A stretch of DNA of 64,000 bases from a virus, in IMG/VR virus record IMGVR_UViG_3300043434_000693, positions 1 to 64,000 of that record; one strand, 5' to 3'. A program made the position numbers and the translations under genes. Below, one piece after another: positions 39,050-48,466 of the stretch. The first letter of the stretch is position 1. Each line of letters opens with the position of its first letter. The notes under the pieces were generated by a model. It did no database searches. It saw only the letters and a list, made by a program, of their open reading frames with translations, and was not told where the DNA came from.

Positions 39050-40219
39050 TTAACTGAACTTAACGTTACCGCTAGTGATACCAACAAGACCTAAGTAGTC
39101 TGCTGCATTACCAAGAGATGATGCAGTATTTGAAAGTTCAACATAACCATAACGTGTCATGAAGCTAACAACTGGTTCGAAAGTACTTGGATCAAGTACA
39201 ACACCGCTTGACATTAACGGAATGTATGGGCAGTAGAACGCAGGTGCGTCTGATTCTGAACCACCCTTATAACCAATAAGGATAGAAGCATTGTCAGTTG
39301 CATAAGTGTTTACATAAACCTTCATTGAGTTGTTTAAAGTACCAACAAACTTAGTGTTAGTTGGAGCTTCAAAAGTACCTTCAGTTGTACGAGCAAATGC
39401 TGAAGTAGTTGCTGATTGAAGGATAGTTAATGCAAATGGGCTAACTACAGCGTAGTTACCTGCACCACGACGAGTACGTTGTGCAATTAAGTTAGAAACA
39501 CGATTGATTTGAACAGCTAATGCAGCGTGTTCGTCACCAACAAATGTTGCTGTACCAGAAACGTTTGCTTGGTTGTAAGTTTCAATCGGTGATCCTGCAA
39601 GAGTTGTTAATGAACCGATGATTTCTTGATCGATTTCAGCGGTAATTTCTTGTGCAAGAGCAGCCATAATTTCTGCTTCAACGTCAATTCCTTGTTGTGA
39701 TTGAGCATCTTGTGCAGCTTCGAAAGTCCAGCGAGCTGATAACTTACGAGTCTTGGCTTCAACAGTTTGCTTCAAGATTTGAATTGACATTCTCTTACCA
39801 GCTGCACCTTCAAGTGTAGCTGTAGAAGCTGCCTTAGAACCTGGATCTGCGTCGTTACCTGAGTAACCTGCTGCAATCTTGAATGGGCTAAGTGCTTCTT
39901 CACCTGCTACAACACCTGTTGCGCTATCTGCATAACGAACACGTAATGTATGGATTTGACCAACTGGGCCAGTCATCGGTTGAACACCAACTAATTCGTT
40001 AGCAATAACGGTTGGCATAACACGACGGATAACTGGTAAAATAACACGATTTAATGTGGCAACGTTGCCGGCAGAAGTAGCACCAGCAGTTGGGGATTCA
40101 ATCAAATACTTACGAGTATTTTCAAGGGTTACACCCATTACTGATTTTTTTGTGCCTGATAAGCCTTCTAATAGGGCTTCTTTCGTTTCTGCCCAACGGC
40201 CAGTAAGTAGTTCTGACAT
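39050..40219 (-). CDS. gp23: Major capsid protein, T4 gp23-like
   Basis: VGVQPMTGPVGQIHTLR, VEAKTRKLSARWTFEAAQD, EITAEIDQEII, FYCPYIPL, DPSTFEPVVSFMTRYG. Confidence 0.95.
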   Translation of the reverse strand: MSELLTGRWAETKEALLEGLSGTKKSVMGVTLENTRKYLIESPTAGATSAGNVATLNRVILPVIRRVMPTVIANELVGVQPMTGPVGQIHTLRVRYADSATGVVAGEEALSPFKIAAGYSGNDADPGSKAASTATLEGAAGKRMSIQILKQTVEAKTRKLSARWTFEAAQDAQSQQGIDVEAEIMAALAQEITAEIDQEIIGSLTTLAGSPIETYNQANVSGTATFVGDEHAALAVQINRVSNLIAQRTRRGAGNYAVVSPFALTILQSATTSAFARTTEGTFEAPTNTKFVGTLNNSMKVYVNTYATDNASILIGYKGGSESDAPAFYCPYIPLMSSGVVLDPSTFEPVVSFMTRYGYVELSNTASSLGNAADYLGLVGITSGNVKFS

Positions 40220-40230
40220 TTAAATTCTCC

Positions 40231-41325
40231 TTAAACTTTAAGTCCAGCGAGTTTACGAATTTCGATGATATTATTTTCATCCTCGCTGCTACGATTGGGG
40301 TTGGAAATCTTATTTCCGGTTATTTCTTTAGCCTCTACTAGTGCCTGTTTCTTCTGCGGAGCTTTGCCAGCAATTACTGCCGGAAGATACTTTTCAAAAC
40401 TTTCATTGAGTTTTGAAGTTTTCACACTCTCCATCAATTCATTCATGATCGAACGTTGATCTGCACTTAATGGTGCAAGTAGTTCACTCATAATTTCTTT
40501 TCTTTGTTGCGACTCTTTTAATGTCGCAATCTCTGCTTCTTTGCTTTCTAGTATTTTTTCGGCTTTTACAACTGCATTTGCAGCTTCTTTCATTGCCAAA
40601 TCTTTCATGTCTATGACTTTGAGCAATTTTGCAGTTTCTGATTTTTCATTAAGGTAACTAGCTTGATATTCAGAAGCAAACGCTTCGAATAGCTTACGAC
40701 CAAATTCCATACGACGAGCTGATTCGATATCTTCTTTTAATGAAGTAATCTCTGATCTTAGTGTCTTATTAACAACACCTTCAACCATTACCGCAGCACG
40801 TTGAACAAAATCTTGTTTTACCTTCTTGAGTTGTTCACGTCCTTCACGAACTAAGCGAACTTTAGTTGCTGCTAAGTCCTGTTTGTCTTTATAAAACTCT
40901 GTAATTTCTTGAGCTAAAGCTTCAACTACAAATTGTTCTAATGTTCCAAATTTGCCTGCCATAGAAACTTGATCTTCGTGTAGTTCACGAACTTCAGAAG
41001 CTAATTGACGAGTAACAAACTCTTTCATTAATTTTGAATCGCTCGACATCTTCTTAGCATACTTTACTTTCATTTCTGCTAATGAATTACGATCATCTAC
41101 AAACTCAACAATTTCGTCTTTGATTCCATCAGTGATCATACGTTCAACTGCTTCAATCATTACTGACTTGTCATGTTCGTATTTTTGAGCAAATTCTTCT
41201 CGTAGTTGTTGAGAAACTTGTTCGCGATTTTCATTGATCTTCGCATCCCAAGCCTTTTCAATTGACTCTTTAATCTCTTCCGAAACCACATTGTTTTCAA
41301 ATAACGTTTTTAATGCATCCAACAT
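40231..41325 (-). CDS. gp22: Prohead core scaffolding protein, gp22-like
   Basis: Coiled-coil, Glu/Lys-rich protein between the protease and MCP genes; many LxE sites. Confidence 0.8.
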   Translation of the reverse strand: MLDALKTLFENNVVSEEIKESIEKAWDAKINENREQVSQQLREEFAQKYEHDKSVMIEAVERMITDGIKDEIVEFVDDRNSLAEMKVKYAKKMSSDSKLMKEFVTRQLASEVRELHEDQVSMAGKFGTLEQFVVEALAQEITEFYKDKQDLAATKVRLVREGREQLKKVKQDFVQRAAVMVEGVVNKTLRSEITSLKEDIESARRMEFGRKLFEAFASEYQASYLNEKSETAKLLKVIDMKDLAMKEAANAVVKAEKILESKEAEIATLKESQQRKEIMSELLAPLSADQRSIMNELMESVKTSKLNESFEKYLPAVIAGKAPQKKQALVEAKEITGNKISNPNRSSEDENNIIEIRKLAGLKV

Positions 41326-41338
41326 GTGATTCTCCTTA

Positions 41339-41965
41339 TTATTGGAGTTTGCTTATTATTCCTAATAAGCTCTCTTTGAGATATTGTTGTGCTTTTGGAT
41401 CGCCCTTCACCTCTTGCGCTATGCGAAGAGCATTATAACCACCTTTTGTATTTAAAAGGTGCTCATAAATTGGTGTTGGGTATGCACCAGGAGCACTAGG
41501 TTGAGCTACCATATCTACTGTGATAATCTCAAAATCTGAAACTTCACCTGACCCGTCTTCTCTTACGTTGCCGGATCCACGTGAACTTACGCCTAATTTC
41601 ACACCACTTTCAAGCATGGTACGAATTAATTGTCCCATTGGGGTTGGTAAAATTTTTAATTTACCATAACCATTTGGACCGTCCATCCACATATTTGTTA
41701 TCATGTGACTAACACGGTCCAAATTTATCTTTAAATCGTCGGGATGATCTACTTCTCCGAGGACTGAATAACCGTTCTGAATCTGATCATTGAGGGTCTT
41801 AACAGCCTTGCTAATTTCACTCACAGGATAAACACGCTGATTAGCGTTGCGGATACCGCCTTGTATACAAATTCCACTCATATACAAGTTTTTCCCATCT
41901 CTGTCGTCAGATTCAACGACCATCTTTGCTTCGTTGAAACTTAGATTTTCTCGGAGATGTAACAT
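41339..41965 (-). CDS. gp21: Prohead protease, gp21-like
   Basis: NANQRVYP, LGEVDHP, RVSH, ILPTPMG, GVSSRGSG, DMVAQPSAPGAY. Confidence 0.93.
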   Translation of the reverse strand: MLHLRENLSFNEAKMVVESDDRDGKNLYMSGICIQGGIRNANQRVYPVSEISKAVKTLNDQIQNGYSVLGEVDHPDDLKINLDRVSHMITNMWMDGPNGYGKLKILPTPMGQLIRTMLESGVKLGVSSRGSGNVREDGSGEVSDFEIITVDMVAQPSAPGAYPTPIYEHLLNTKGGYNALRIAQEVKGDPKAQQYLKESLLGIISKLQ

Positions 41966-41966
41966 C

Positions 41967-42800
41967 TTACTTCTTTCCGCCGATTAAACTTTTCTTGTTA
42001 TCTGCTTTTTCACTTTGGCCTTTCTTTTCAGGACCATGACCTGGTTCCTTGTGTGTAAATGCAGACTTTGCTGCTTTTGCACCAGGAACATTAATGTTTC
42101 CAAAGTTTTCTTCCTTAGTTGCCGGATTTAAAAGACCACCTTTAGTGCCTTCTCCTTTAGCTTCTCCGCCGAACTTAGGTGCTGTTCCGCCCATGTCGTT
42201 ATACTTTGGCTTATTGAATAAGCTCTTTGTATTTTGTCCGTTATCACCATGCTTCGGTTTTGCAACAGCGTTTACATATTCAAGCATTGCTGCAAGTTCG
42301 TCAACAGGTTCTTCTGGGCCAAACTCATCTCCGCCCATGTCGTCCATTCCGCCCATGTCGTCGTTGCCAAACATGTCATCATGTTCTGGTTCATCTTGCT
42401 CGTCGGCCATTAATTGGTCGAATTCTGCTCTTAAATCGTTTAATGCGTCTTCGATGTCAAGTACTCGATCTTCGAGGTCACCTTCTGGCTGTTCAGAATC
42501 AAATGACGGAGCTTCATCGCTGTCGCCTTCATCGTCGTCACTTTCTTCTTCCTCTTCTTCCTCTTCTTCACCGAACGCTTCTTCTACTGACTCTTCTTCC
42601 TCTTCTTCTGAAGCTTCATCCATAGATTCTTCTTCTTCCTCTTCTGATTTTTCATTGAGGTCAAAGTCTTCTGATAATAATTCTTCGTAAATTTCGCGAG
42701 ATTTCGCAACTACGATGTTATGAAAAATTTCTTTTGCGGTTTCTTGATCTTCGTTGATCAAAGCATCAAGCATTGCTTCAAATTGAGCACGATCAGTCAT
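41967..42800 (-). CDS. Acidic prohead core protein (gp67-like position)
   Basis: Poly-Glu/Asp central region; lies between the portal and protease genes. Confidence 0.6.
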   Translation of the reverse strand: MTDRAQFEAMLDALINEDQETAKEIFHNIVVAKSREIYEELLSEDFDLNEKSEEEEEESMDEASEEEEEESVEEAFGEEEEEEEEESDDDEGDSDEAPSFDSEQPEGDLEDRVLDIEDALNDLRAEFDQLMADEQDEPEHDDMFGNDDMGGMDDMGGDEFGPEEPVDELAAMLEYVNAVAKPKHGDNGQNTKSLFNKPKYNDMGGTAPKFGGEAKGEGTKGGLLNPATKEENFGNINVPGAKAAKSAFTHKEPGHGPEKKGQSEKADNKKSLIGGKK

Positions 42801-42841
42801 GTTAATTCTCCTAATTTGTTAATAATTACAAGGCTGTAATA

Positions 42842-42849
42842 TATTTACA
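42842..42849 (-). promoter_or_regulatory. Variant late promoter box TGTAAATA
   Basis: Upstream of 42800, followed by an ATTACA/TGTAAT hairpin. Confidence 0.45.
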
Positions 42850-42908
42850 CTACTTATATCAAAATAGTGGAAATATGGTGTAAAAACACCTTGTTTTTGA
42901 TCATTTTT

Positions 42909-42916
42909 TATTTATA
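42909..42916 (-). promoter_or_regulatory. Late promoter TATAAATA for the core/protease/scaffold/MCP genes
   Basis: Perfect T4 late consensus containing the stop codon of 42912-43151. Confidence 0.65.
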
Positions 42917-43151
42917 CTGCCGGGGCAGGAGGATTAGCATACATTGCGTGGATAAATTCTAATTCATTCTCTTGTTCAAGTATGTGAGCTTCGCTTGCTT
43001 TTCGAAGTTCGTTTAACTGTCGAAGAGTTAAACGAGTTTTCCTAGTATCTCCGCGATGCATTGTAGTTGTATCACGAGAAGGATTGTATCTTAGATCACT
43101 CGTCTGCGATCTAGTATCCGGATCAATATAAAAAAGTTCTCTAAGAATCAT
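42912..43151 (-). CDS. Small head-module protein (79 aa)
   Basis: MILRELF..DTRKTRLTLRQLNELRK; lies between the portal and core genes. Confidence 0.65.
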   Translation of the reverse strand: MILRELFYIDPDTRSQTSDLRYNPSRDTTTMHRGDTRKTRLTLRQLNELRKASEAHILEQENELEFIHAMYANPPAPAV

Positions 43152-43155
43152 ATTG

Positions 43156-43163
43156 TATTTATG
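43156..43163 (-). promoter_or_regulatory. Late promoter box CATAAATA
   Basis: Contains the portal stop codon; 4 nt separate it from the next ATG. Confidence 0.55.
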
Positions 43164-44907
43164 CTACTGGTGGTGGAGTTGTAGGTGGTGTTAATGGTGA
43201 TGCTTCTCCGGCAACAGGATTCGTTGCTCCTATCTCGCCTTCCATGTCTTCAGGTGCAGATAAGTCGCCGGCCATTCCAAGATCCCCTTCTATCCCTGCT
43301 GCACTCAGACCTGCTGAACGTAACTCGCCGGCGGCATCTGTATGCGTCGGCATTCCTTTACCGTTCTCTTCACCCCATAAACGTTCGTTTTCGGCTACTT
43401 CTTCGTCGGTTAATCCTAAAAATCTCTTTAATGCAAATCGATTACTAATAAAAGGAATAGCTTGAATTGTATTAAAGGTATTAATTCTTTCTGCATCTAT
43501 ACTTGCTTGGCGAGAACTTGCAAAGTTCATAGGAGGATTAAAGTTAATTTCAAATAAACTTGGATCGATGTTTAATCCTTTGGTATACATGAACATTTTG
43601 AATTCTGTATCAAAGACTTCTGTTAAAAGATATTGAAGTCTTTCGCAATACTTGTTAAATCTCAGTTCTTGAATATATGCTGTTCCAACACGACCGTCGT
43701 TGAAACTTGCTTGACTGTCATCTGCTCCGGTAGGCAAGTAACTGCTTGGGATTCTTAATCCGCGGAAAAGTTTGTTTGTAAAATATTTTAAGTCGTCGAT
43801 TTCACCTAAGTTTGTTCCGCCTGGCAAGGTATCTACTTTACTTCCTCTACCGTCAGATGTTTGCGGGAAGAAGTAATCTTCATTAATAGATAATGGATTA
43901 TAAGCACTATCGATAACATTTTGGCCGCCGCCAGATTGACTCGGGATTCTTCTTTGATGTATTTCGTTTTTGATTCTTTCTACATACGCCATAGCTAAGT
44001 GGCTTGGCATGTTACCAACATCAATGTAAAATATTCTACGTTCCGGTGCTCTTTGTATTCTGTAAATTAAAATAGCATCTTCTAATAATTCTTTTTGTTT
44101 GTATACTTTAAAAACATTTTCTAATAAACTATTACCAAACGGATAATTGTTATCTAATCCTTCTGACAGACTAAGATGAACTACATGTTCAGCATCGATT
44201 GCGCATTCGGTTTCCGATAATCCAAATCTACTGCCTGAACTTGATGTGGGATACGGCCCACTTGTTCCCCGTTGTGTAGCATTTGCACCTAAATAACCAC
44301 TAGAAGGGATAACTCCTCCGCCGTTTTGTCTCGGATTAATGTTAGGTGTGATTTGAGTAGCAACTAAATGTTCAAAATTTGGTGCTAAATCTTTGATTAT
44401 ATATTGTTCAGGTCGTTTTCCGTCGCTTTCATTGACAATAATCTTTACAATTTTGCTTGGGTCAATCCAGTGCCATTTTTGAGTTTCTGGATCTCTAATA
44501 AAAAATGAGTCACCGTACTTAAATGTGTTACGAATTATTCTAAAAATTCTAGTATCAAACTTTTGTATTTTGTTCCATTGCTGCATGTATTCGCTTAGAA
44601 TTCGAACTTCTGAGTTCGTAGCTTTGCTACGCCACTTAACAGTAAAAGGACTTTTGCCGTCTTTTAATTTTTGTGTACAAAATTCAGCAAGAATGTCCAA
44701 TGCTGCATTGATTTCAGGATCGCTATCCATAACTTCATATTGTTGATATCTTTCAATACGATTCGGACTTCCTGTATAAACATCAGGCAAGTAACTAGAA
44801 TAATTTGTTTGAGCAGGGCCAGGACGAGATGTGATCGATCTTCCAGGTATAGTGCTTATTTCAGAACTTTCTGTATTAACCGGGGTAAAATATTTTTTCC
44901 ATGACAT
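43159..44907 (-). CDS. gp20: Portal vertex protein, gp20-like
   Basis: LLEDAILIYRIQRAPERRIFYIDVGNMP, EDYFFP..GRGSKVDTLPGG.NLGEIDD..YF..KL..L.IP.S, ELRF.K..RLQ. Confidence 0.95.
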   Translation of the reverse strand: MSWKKYFTPVNTESSEISTIPGRSITSRPGPAQTNYSSYLPDVYTGSPNRIERYQQYEVMDSDPEINAALDILAEFCTQKLKDGKSPFTVKWRSKATNSEVRILSEYMQQWNKIQKFDTRIFRIIRNTFKYGDSFFIRDPETQKWHWIDPSKIVKIIVNESDGKRPEQYIIKDLAPNFEHLVATQITPNINPRQNGGGVIPSSGYLGANATQRGTSGPYPTSSSGSRFGLSETECAIDAEHVVHLSLSEGLDNNYPFGNSLLENVFKVYKQKELLEDAILIYRIQRAPERRIFYIDVGNMPSHLAMAYVERIKNEIHQRRIPSQSGGGQNVIDSAYNPLSINEDYFFPQTSDGRGSKVDTLPGGTNLGEIDDLKYFTNKLFRGLRIPSSYLPTGADDSQASFNDGRVGTAYIQELRFNKYCERLQYLLTEVFDTEFKMFMYTKGLNIDPSLFEINFNPPMNFASSRQASIDAERINTFNTIQAIPFISNRFALKRFLGLTDEEVAENERLWGEENGKGMPTHTDAAGELRSAGLSAAGIEGDLGMAGDLSAPEDMEGEIGATNPVAGEASPLTPPTTPPPVA

Positions 44908-44915
44908 AATTTTTA

Positions 44916-47360
44916 TTATCCAAATCGATTACCGGACAACCGTTGTGTCTCTTTAATCTGTTTATTGCTCGCTTCGTTAATGGCTTCTGTGTGTTCAGTC
45001 ATTCTACCAATATTGTTATTTAACTCAACTAATATATCATACACATCATTTAAGGAGACTGATCTTGCTACAACTTTTGGCTGTTCTTGAGGCACAGGTG
45101 TTGCTTTTTGAGTTTCTTTTGCTAATACTCCTGATTGTTCCGCTTCGTATTTTGCTTTTAATGCTGCTGCATCATCGCCTGCACCGAGAGTTGACATTGA
45201 AACTTTAGGTTCTTCGGGTTTTTTAATTTCAGCTAATGAAGATTTGATATTAGTTGTATCAATTTTTGGTGCAACTACTGATTTATCTGTTTCTACAGGC
45301 TTTTCTGCGCCAGTTAACTTATCATAAAGGTTTCCGAATTCATCTCCGATACCAAACATAGCATCTGATATCCCTGTCGGAACTAAATCACTTGCAAATG
45401 AAGTTAAGTCATCAAAGAAACTAGAATCGTCTCCGGTTTTTTCTTCTTCTAATTTTTTCTCTTCTTTAATCGAGCTTGTATCTAAAGGTATAATTTTAGA
45501 TAGTTCATTTACAATAGAATTTCCGATATCATCAAATTGTGGAAGAATTTTTCGAGTACTTGCTGCTATTGATTGTGCATCTGCTGGTTTGTTTTCGCTA
45601 AATGCATCGCCTAAACTTTTAAATTGCTCAGTGAAATCAAATTTTGAAAATAATTTTTGCATTTGGGCTTTGTTTGCTACAATTTCTTCACCGTGAAGTA
45701 ATGCTGGAGTACCAGATGAGCTAAATTTTTCAAACATTCCATTAAAATCTAACCCGCCGTCTAAGAATTTTTGAAAATTTGGAGTTCCGTCTGCATATTC
45801 TTGTTTAAATTCAGGAACTTTAAGCATGTCTTCTACACTTTGAGAAGGTTTTACTCCTAAGTAGTCTTTTATTTTACCCATAGCTTCAGGAACAATGTTC
45901 TTTTGCATTTCAGCTGCTTGCTCAGGAGATTGTCTAACAATGCTGTCGTTTAATTGTTTTATAGTTTCATTTAATTCTTTATTTGAATTAACAAGATTAT
46001 CCATGTTTACATTAAGACCAGCTGTTTGATCAAGTAGAGCCGCATTACTTTGAGCAATCGTGTGTGCTAATTCGATCGAAGTTTTATCTAAAGGACGACC
46101 TTCTCTATCTACTCCGGTCATTTCTCCAGTAACTTCTTTTTTCATTTGTGCCGCTGCTTCTTCAGGGGATAAAGGTTCTTTGCCCGCAGTTTCAATTTCT
46201 TTTACCTTTGCGCTAGTTGCCCTTAATGCTTCTTGGCTACCGGTCATAATATCTTTAGATGCGGTGTTTAATCCGCCAGTTACTAAGGTAATTTGGTCTC
46301 TAAAGGCTTCTGTTTTTTGATATTCAAGTACAGAAACTTTAGCTCTTTCCATTGCTGCTTGTGCTTCAGCTTTTTGTTGATCAGTTACTGCATTTTTTTG
46401 CATCATGACTGCTTGCTCAAGTTCTGCCCCTGCAGGACCCAATGCTGATATTAGTTCAGTTCCTCGTTGAGTTCTTATGCCGCCTGTGAAAATTTCGTCT
46501 GTTAAATCTTTAACTGCGGGGCCTAATGCATCGAGCTCGCTGTTCATTTGACGATATCGATCTTGTGCTGCCTCGTCTAAATGCATTAATTCAGCTTGTA
46601 TTTGTACATTGTCGAGTCTTGATTGCTGTTCTTTTATCTGTGCTTCACGACTAGTTCCGTATAATCTAGTATTTTGCTCCATTGATACTGCAAGTTCTTG
46701 TGCAGACTCAGTAAGTTGGCGTTGCGATCTTTCACTTGAAAGATCCATATTGTACCGTTTATATGCAGATGTAACCATAATGTTGTTAATGTCATCTGTT
46801 GACATTCCTAATTTGGTTAATTGCTGTATAACTCCTGATTCTCTAAGATTTTTGCCGAATAACAAGAAGTTTTCTTGAGATCTATTAACTGTAGACCCTA
46901 ACCCTGCTAGATTTTCTGAATTGTTAGCTACAACTGATCGGTATTGTTCGAGAGACATCCCTGCACCGGTGACTTGTTTGGCCATTCCGGTTAGGTCTTG
47001 ATTGAAGTTTGCGCCTGATTTTTGTAGATCTTGCTGAACATTGTATGTTGACATTACCATGTCTTGTGCAGAGCTTCCTACACTTGATAATGCTGCTCCG
47101 ATCCCAGGAACTTTCGACATTGCTTGGTTAAATGTGTCGAATGCTGTGGATACATTTACAGATCCTTTATATAAACCAGCTAACCCTGATGATGCCTTGT
47201 CTACTGCTGTGTTAAAAACTCCTAAACCAGGTACAGAACCGCTTAACGAGCTTCCTGCACTAGGTGCCGGGGCACTTGCATTTGGTCGAACTATCGATGC
47301 TAGAGTGCTCGTTTGCTCTCTAATTAGGTCTCGCATGTCTTCTTTTGTTAGATCAGTCAT
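44916..47360 (-). CDS. Tail tape-measure-like protein (814 aa)
   Basis: Ala/Gln-rich helical protein with YADGT..PALLHGEEIV motif; adjacent to the chaperone-like gene. Confidence 0.6.
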   Translation of the reverse strand: MTDLTKEDMRDLIREQTSTLASIVRPNASAPAPSAGSSLSGSVPGLGVFNTAVDKASSGLAGLYKGSVNVSTAFDTFNQAMSKVPGIGAALSSVGSSAQDMVMSTYNVQQDLQKSGANFNQDLTGMAKQVTGAGMSLEQYRSVVANNSENLAGLGSTVNRSQENFLLFGKNLRESGVIQQLTKLGMSTDDINNIMVTSAYKRYNMDLSSERSQRQLTESAQELAVSMEQNTRLYGTSREAQIKEQQSRLDNVQIQAELMHLDEAAQDRYRQMNSELDALGPAVKDLTDEIFTGGIRTQRGTELISALGPAGAELEQAVMMQKNAVTDQQKAEAQAAMERAKVSVLEYQKTEAFRDQITLVTGGLNTASKDIMTGSQEALRATSAKVKEIETAGKEPLSPEEAAAQMKKEVTGEMTGVDREGRPLDKTSIELAHTIAQSNAALLDQTAGLNVNMDNLVNSNKELNETIKQLNDSIVRQSPEQAAEMQKNIVPEAMGKIKDYLGVKPSQSVEDMLKVPEFKQEYADGTPNFQKFLDGGLDFNGMFEKFSSSGTPALLHGEEIVANKAQMQKLFSKFDFTEQFKSLGDAFSENKPADAQSIAASTRKILPQFDDIGNSIVNELSKIIPLDTSSIKEEKKLEEEKTGDDSSFFDDLTSFASDLVPTGISDAMFGIGDEFGNLYDKLTGAEKPVETDKSVVAPKIDTTNIKSSLAEIKKPEEPKVSMSTLGAGDDAAALKAKYEAEQSGVLAKETQKATPVPQEQPKVVARSVSLNDVYDILVELNNNIGRMTEHTEAINEASNKQIKETQRLSGNRFG

Positions 47361-47385
47361 AAAAAAATCTCTAAAAATATTGGTT

Positions 47386-47407
47386 TATAAATACTCTTAT
47401 ATTTATC
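47386..47407. promoter_or_regulatory. Overlapping bidirectional late promoters (+ TATAAATA 47386-47393; - GATAAATA 47400-47407)
   Basis: Two opposed boxes 6 nt apart in the 57-bp gap between divergent genes. Confidence 0.75.
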
Positions 47408-47417
47408 AGGAGTTATT

Positions 47418-48245
47418 ATGGCTGAAAATCCATTACAGCAATTTTTTCGTCAACCTAAAATTTACATTTCGCTTCCGTCAAAAGGAATCTACAATCCCCC
47501 GGGATCAATTCAAGGTGAAGTAGAGAATATTGCAATTTATGGCATGACCGGGATGGACGAGATTGTTATTAAGACTCCTGATGCATTACTATCCGGGGAA
47601 AGTACAGTAAAAATTATCGAAAGTTGCTGTCCTTCAATTAAAGATGGGTGGTCAACTTCTGCATTAGATACCGATTTGTTATTAACTGCGATAAGAATAG
47701 CAACTTACGGAAATCAATTATCTGTAGACAAGAAATGTGCAAAATGCGGCGAAGAAAACAGCTATGATATAGATCTAAGTAACATTATTGACCATTTTAA
47801 TCGTTGTAACTTCGAAAATAAAGTAGTATTAAAGGATTTTGTAATTAAATTACAACCATTAAGCTATCGTCAAACTACAAATTTTTCCATTAAAAACTTT
47901 CAAATACAACAAAGACTTGCACAATCAGATTCTATTCAAGATGAAACTGAAAAGAAAAATATCATTACGCAATTATTTAAAGAACTTGCTGAATTACAAA
48001 ATGAGATTTTTTCTGCAAGTGTAGATTCTGTTGACTTAGGAACAACAGTTGTAACTGAAAGGGTTTATATCGACGAATGGTTAAAAAACTGCGAATCTAT
48101 TATTTTTGATGAAATTAAAAAAGTTTTCAATCAAAATAGAGAAACTTGGCGTATTCCGTCGGTTAAAGTTCAATGTTCTGCGTGTGAACACGAGTCTGAT
48201 CTAACTATAAATCTTGATAATTCAAGTTTTTTCGCGAGAGCCTGA
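47418..48245 (+). CDS. Baseplate hub / tail assembly chaperone, T4 gp26/gp51-like
   Basis: RQPKIYISLPSKG..Y, MTGMDEI, D.D.LL.AIRIATYG, two CxxC pairs (CAKC, CSAC), ends in SSFF. Confidence 0.75.
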   Translation: MAENPLQQFFRQPKIYISLPSKGIYNPPGSIQGEVENIAIYGMTGMDEIVIKTPDALLSGESTVKIIESCCPSIKDGWSTSALDTDLLLTAIRIATYGNQLSVDKKCAKCGEENSYDIDLSNIIDHFNRCNFENKVVLKDFVIKLQPLSYRQTTNFSIKNFQIQQRLAQSDSIQDETEKKNIITQLFKELAELQNEIFSASVDSVDLGTTVVTERVYIDEWLKNCESIIFDEIKKVFNQNRETWRIPSVKVQCSACEHESDLTINLDNSSFFARA

Positions 48246-48466
48246 TTAGACTAGACCAATCTCAAATAGCAGATCATCTAATTGGGCTTGACAACGATGT
48301 TAAAAATTTCAAATTAGAGCTTTATCGGCTTGTTTGGTATATGCGCGGGGGCGTTAGTATCGATAATCTGTTGTATAATTTAAGTTATGACGACAGATCT
48401 GCGATGTACGCTGTTGTAAAAGACAACATCGAATTAACTAAAGAAACAAAAATGCCCCTTATTTAG
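48227..48466 (+). CDS. Probable -1 frameshift extension of the gp26-like chaperone (missed by the ORF track)
   Basis: The -1 frame opens after TAA 48218-48220, spans slippery T TTT TTC (48227-48233), has no ATG/GTG/TTG until 48341, and reads LIRLDQSQIADHLIGLDNDVKNFKLELYRLVWYMRGGVS...TKETKMPLI*. Confidence 0.7.
   Translation, partial: FFRESLIRLDQSQIADHLIGLDNDVKNFKLELYRLVWYMRGGVSIDNLLYNLSYDDRSAMYAVVKDNIELTKETKMPLI

Noticed and set aside
42190-42650. Short direct repeats (CCGCCCATGTCG; TCTTCTTCC runs)
   Set aside because: They encode DMGG and poly-Glu low-complexity protein sequence; not a CRISPR array or mobile element.
1803-47523. Many plus-strand ORFs of 60-213 aa antisense to structural genes (e.g. 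42049-42690, 6138-6581, 47041-47523)
   Set aside because: They are shadow ORFs produced by codon bias of the real minus-strand genes, with no RBS or recognisable motifs.
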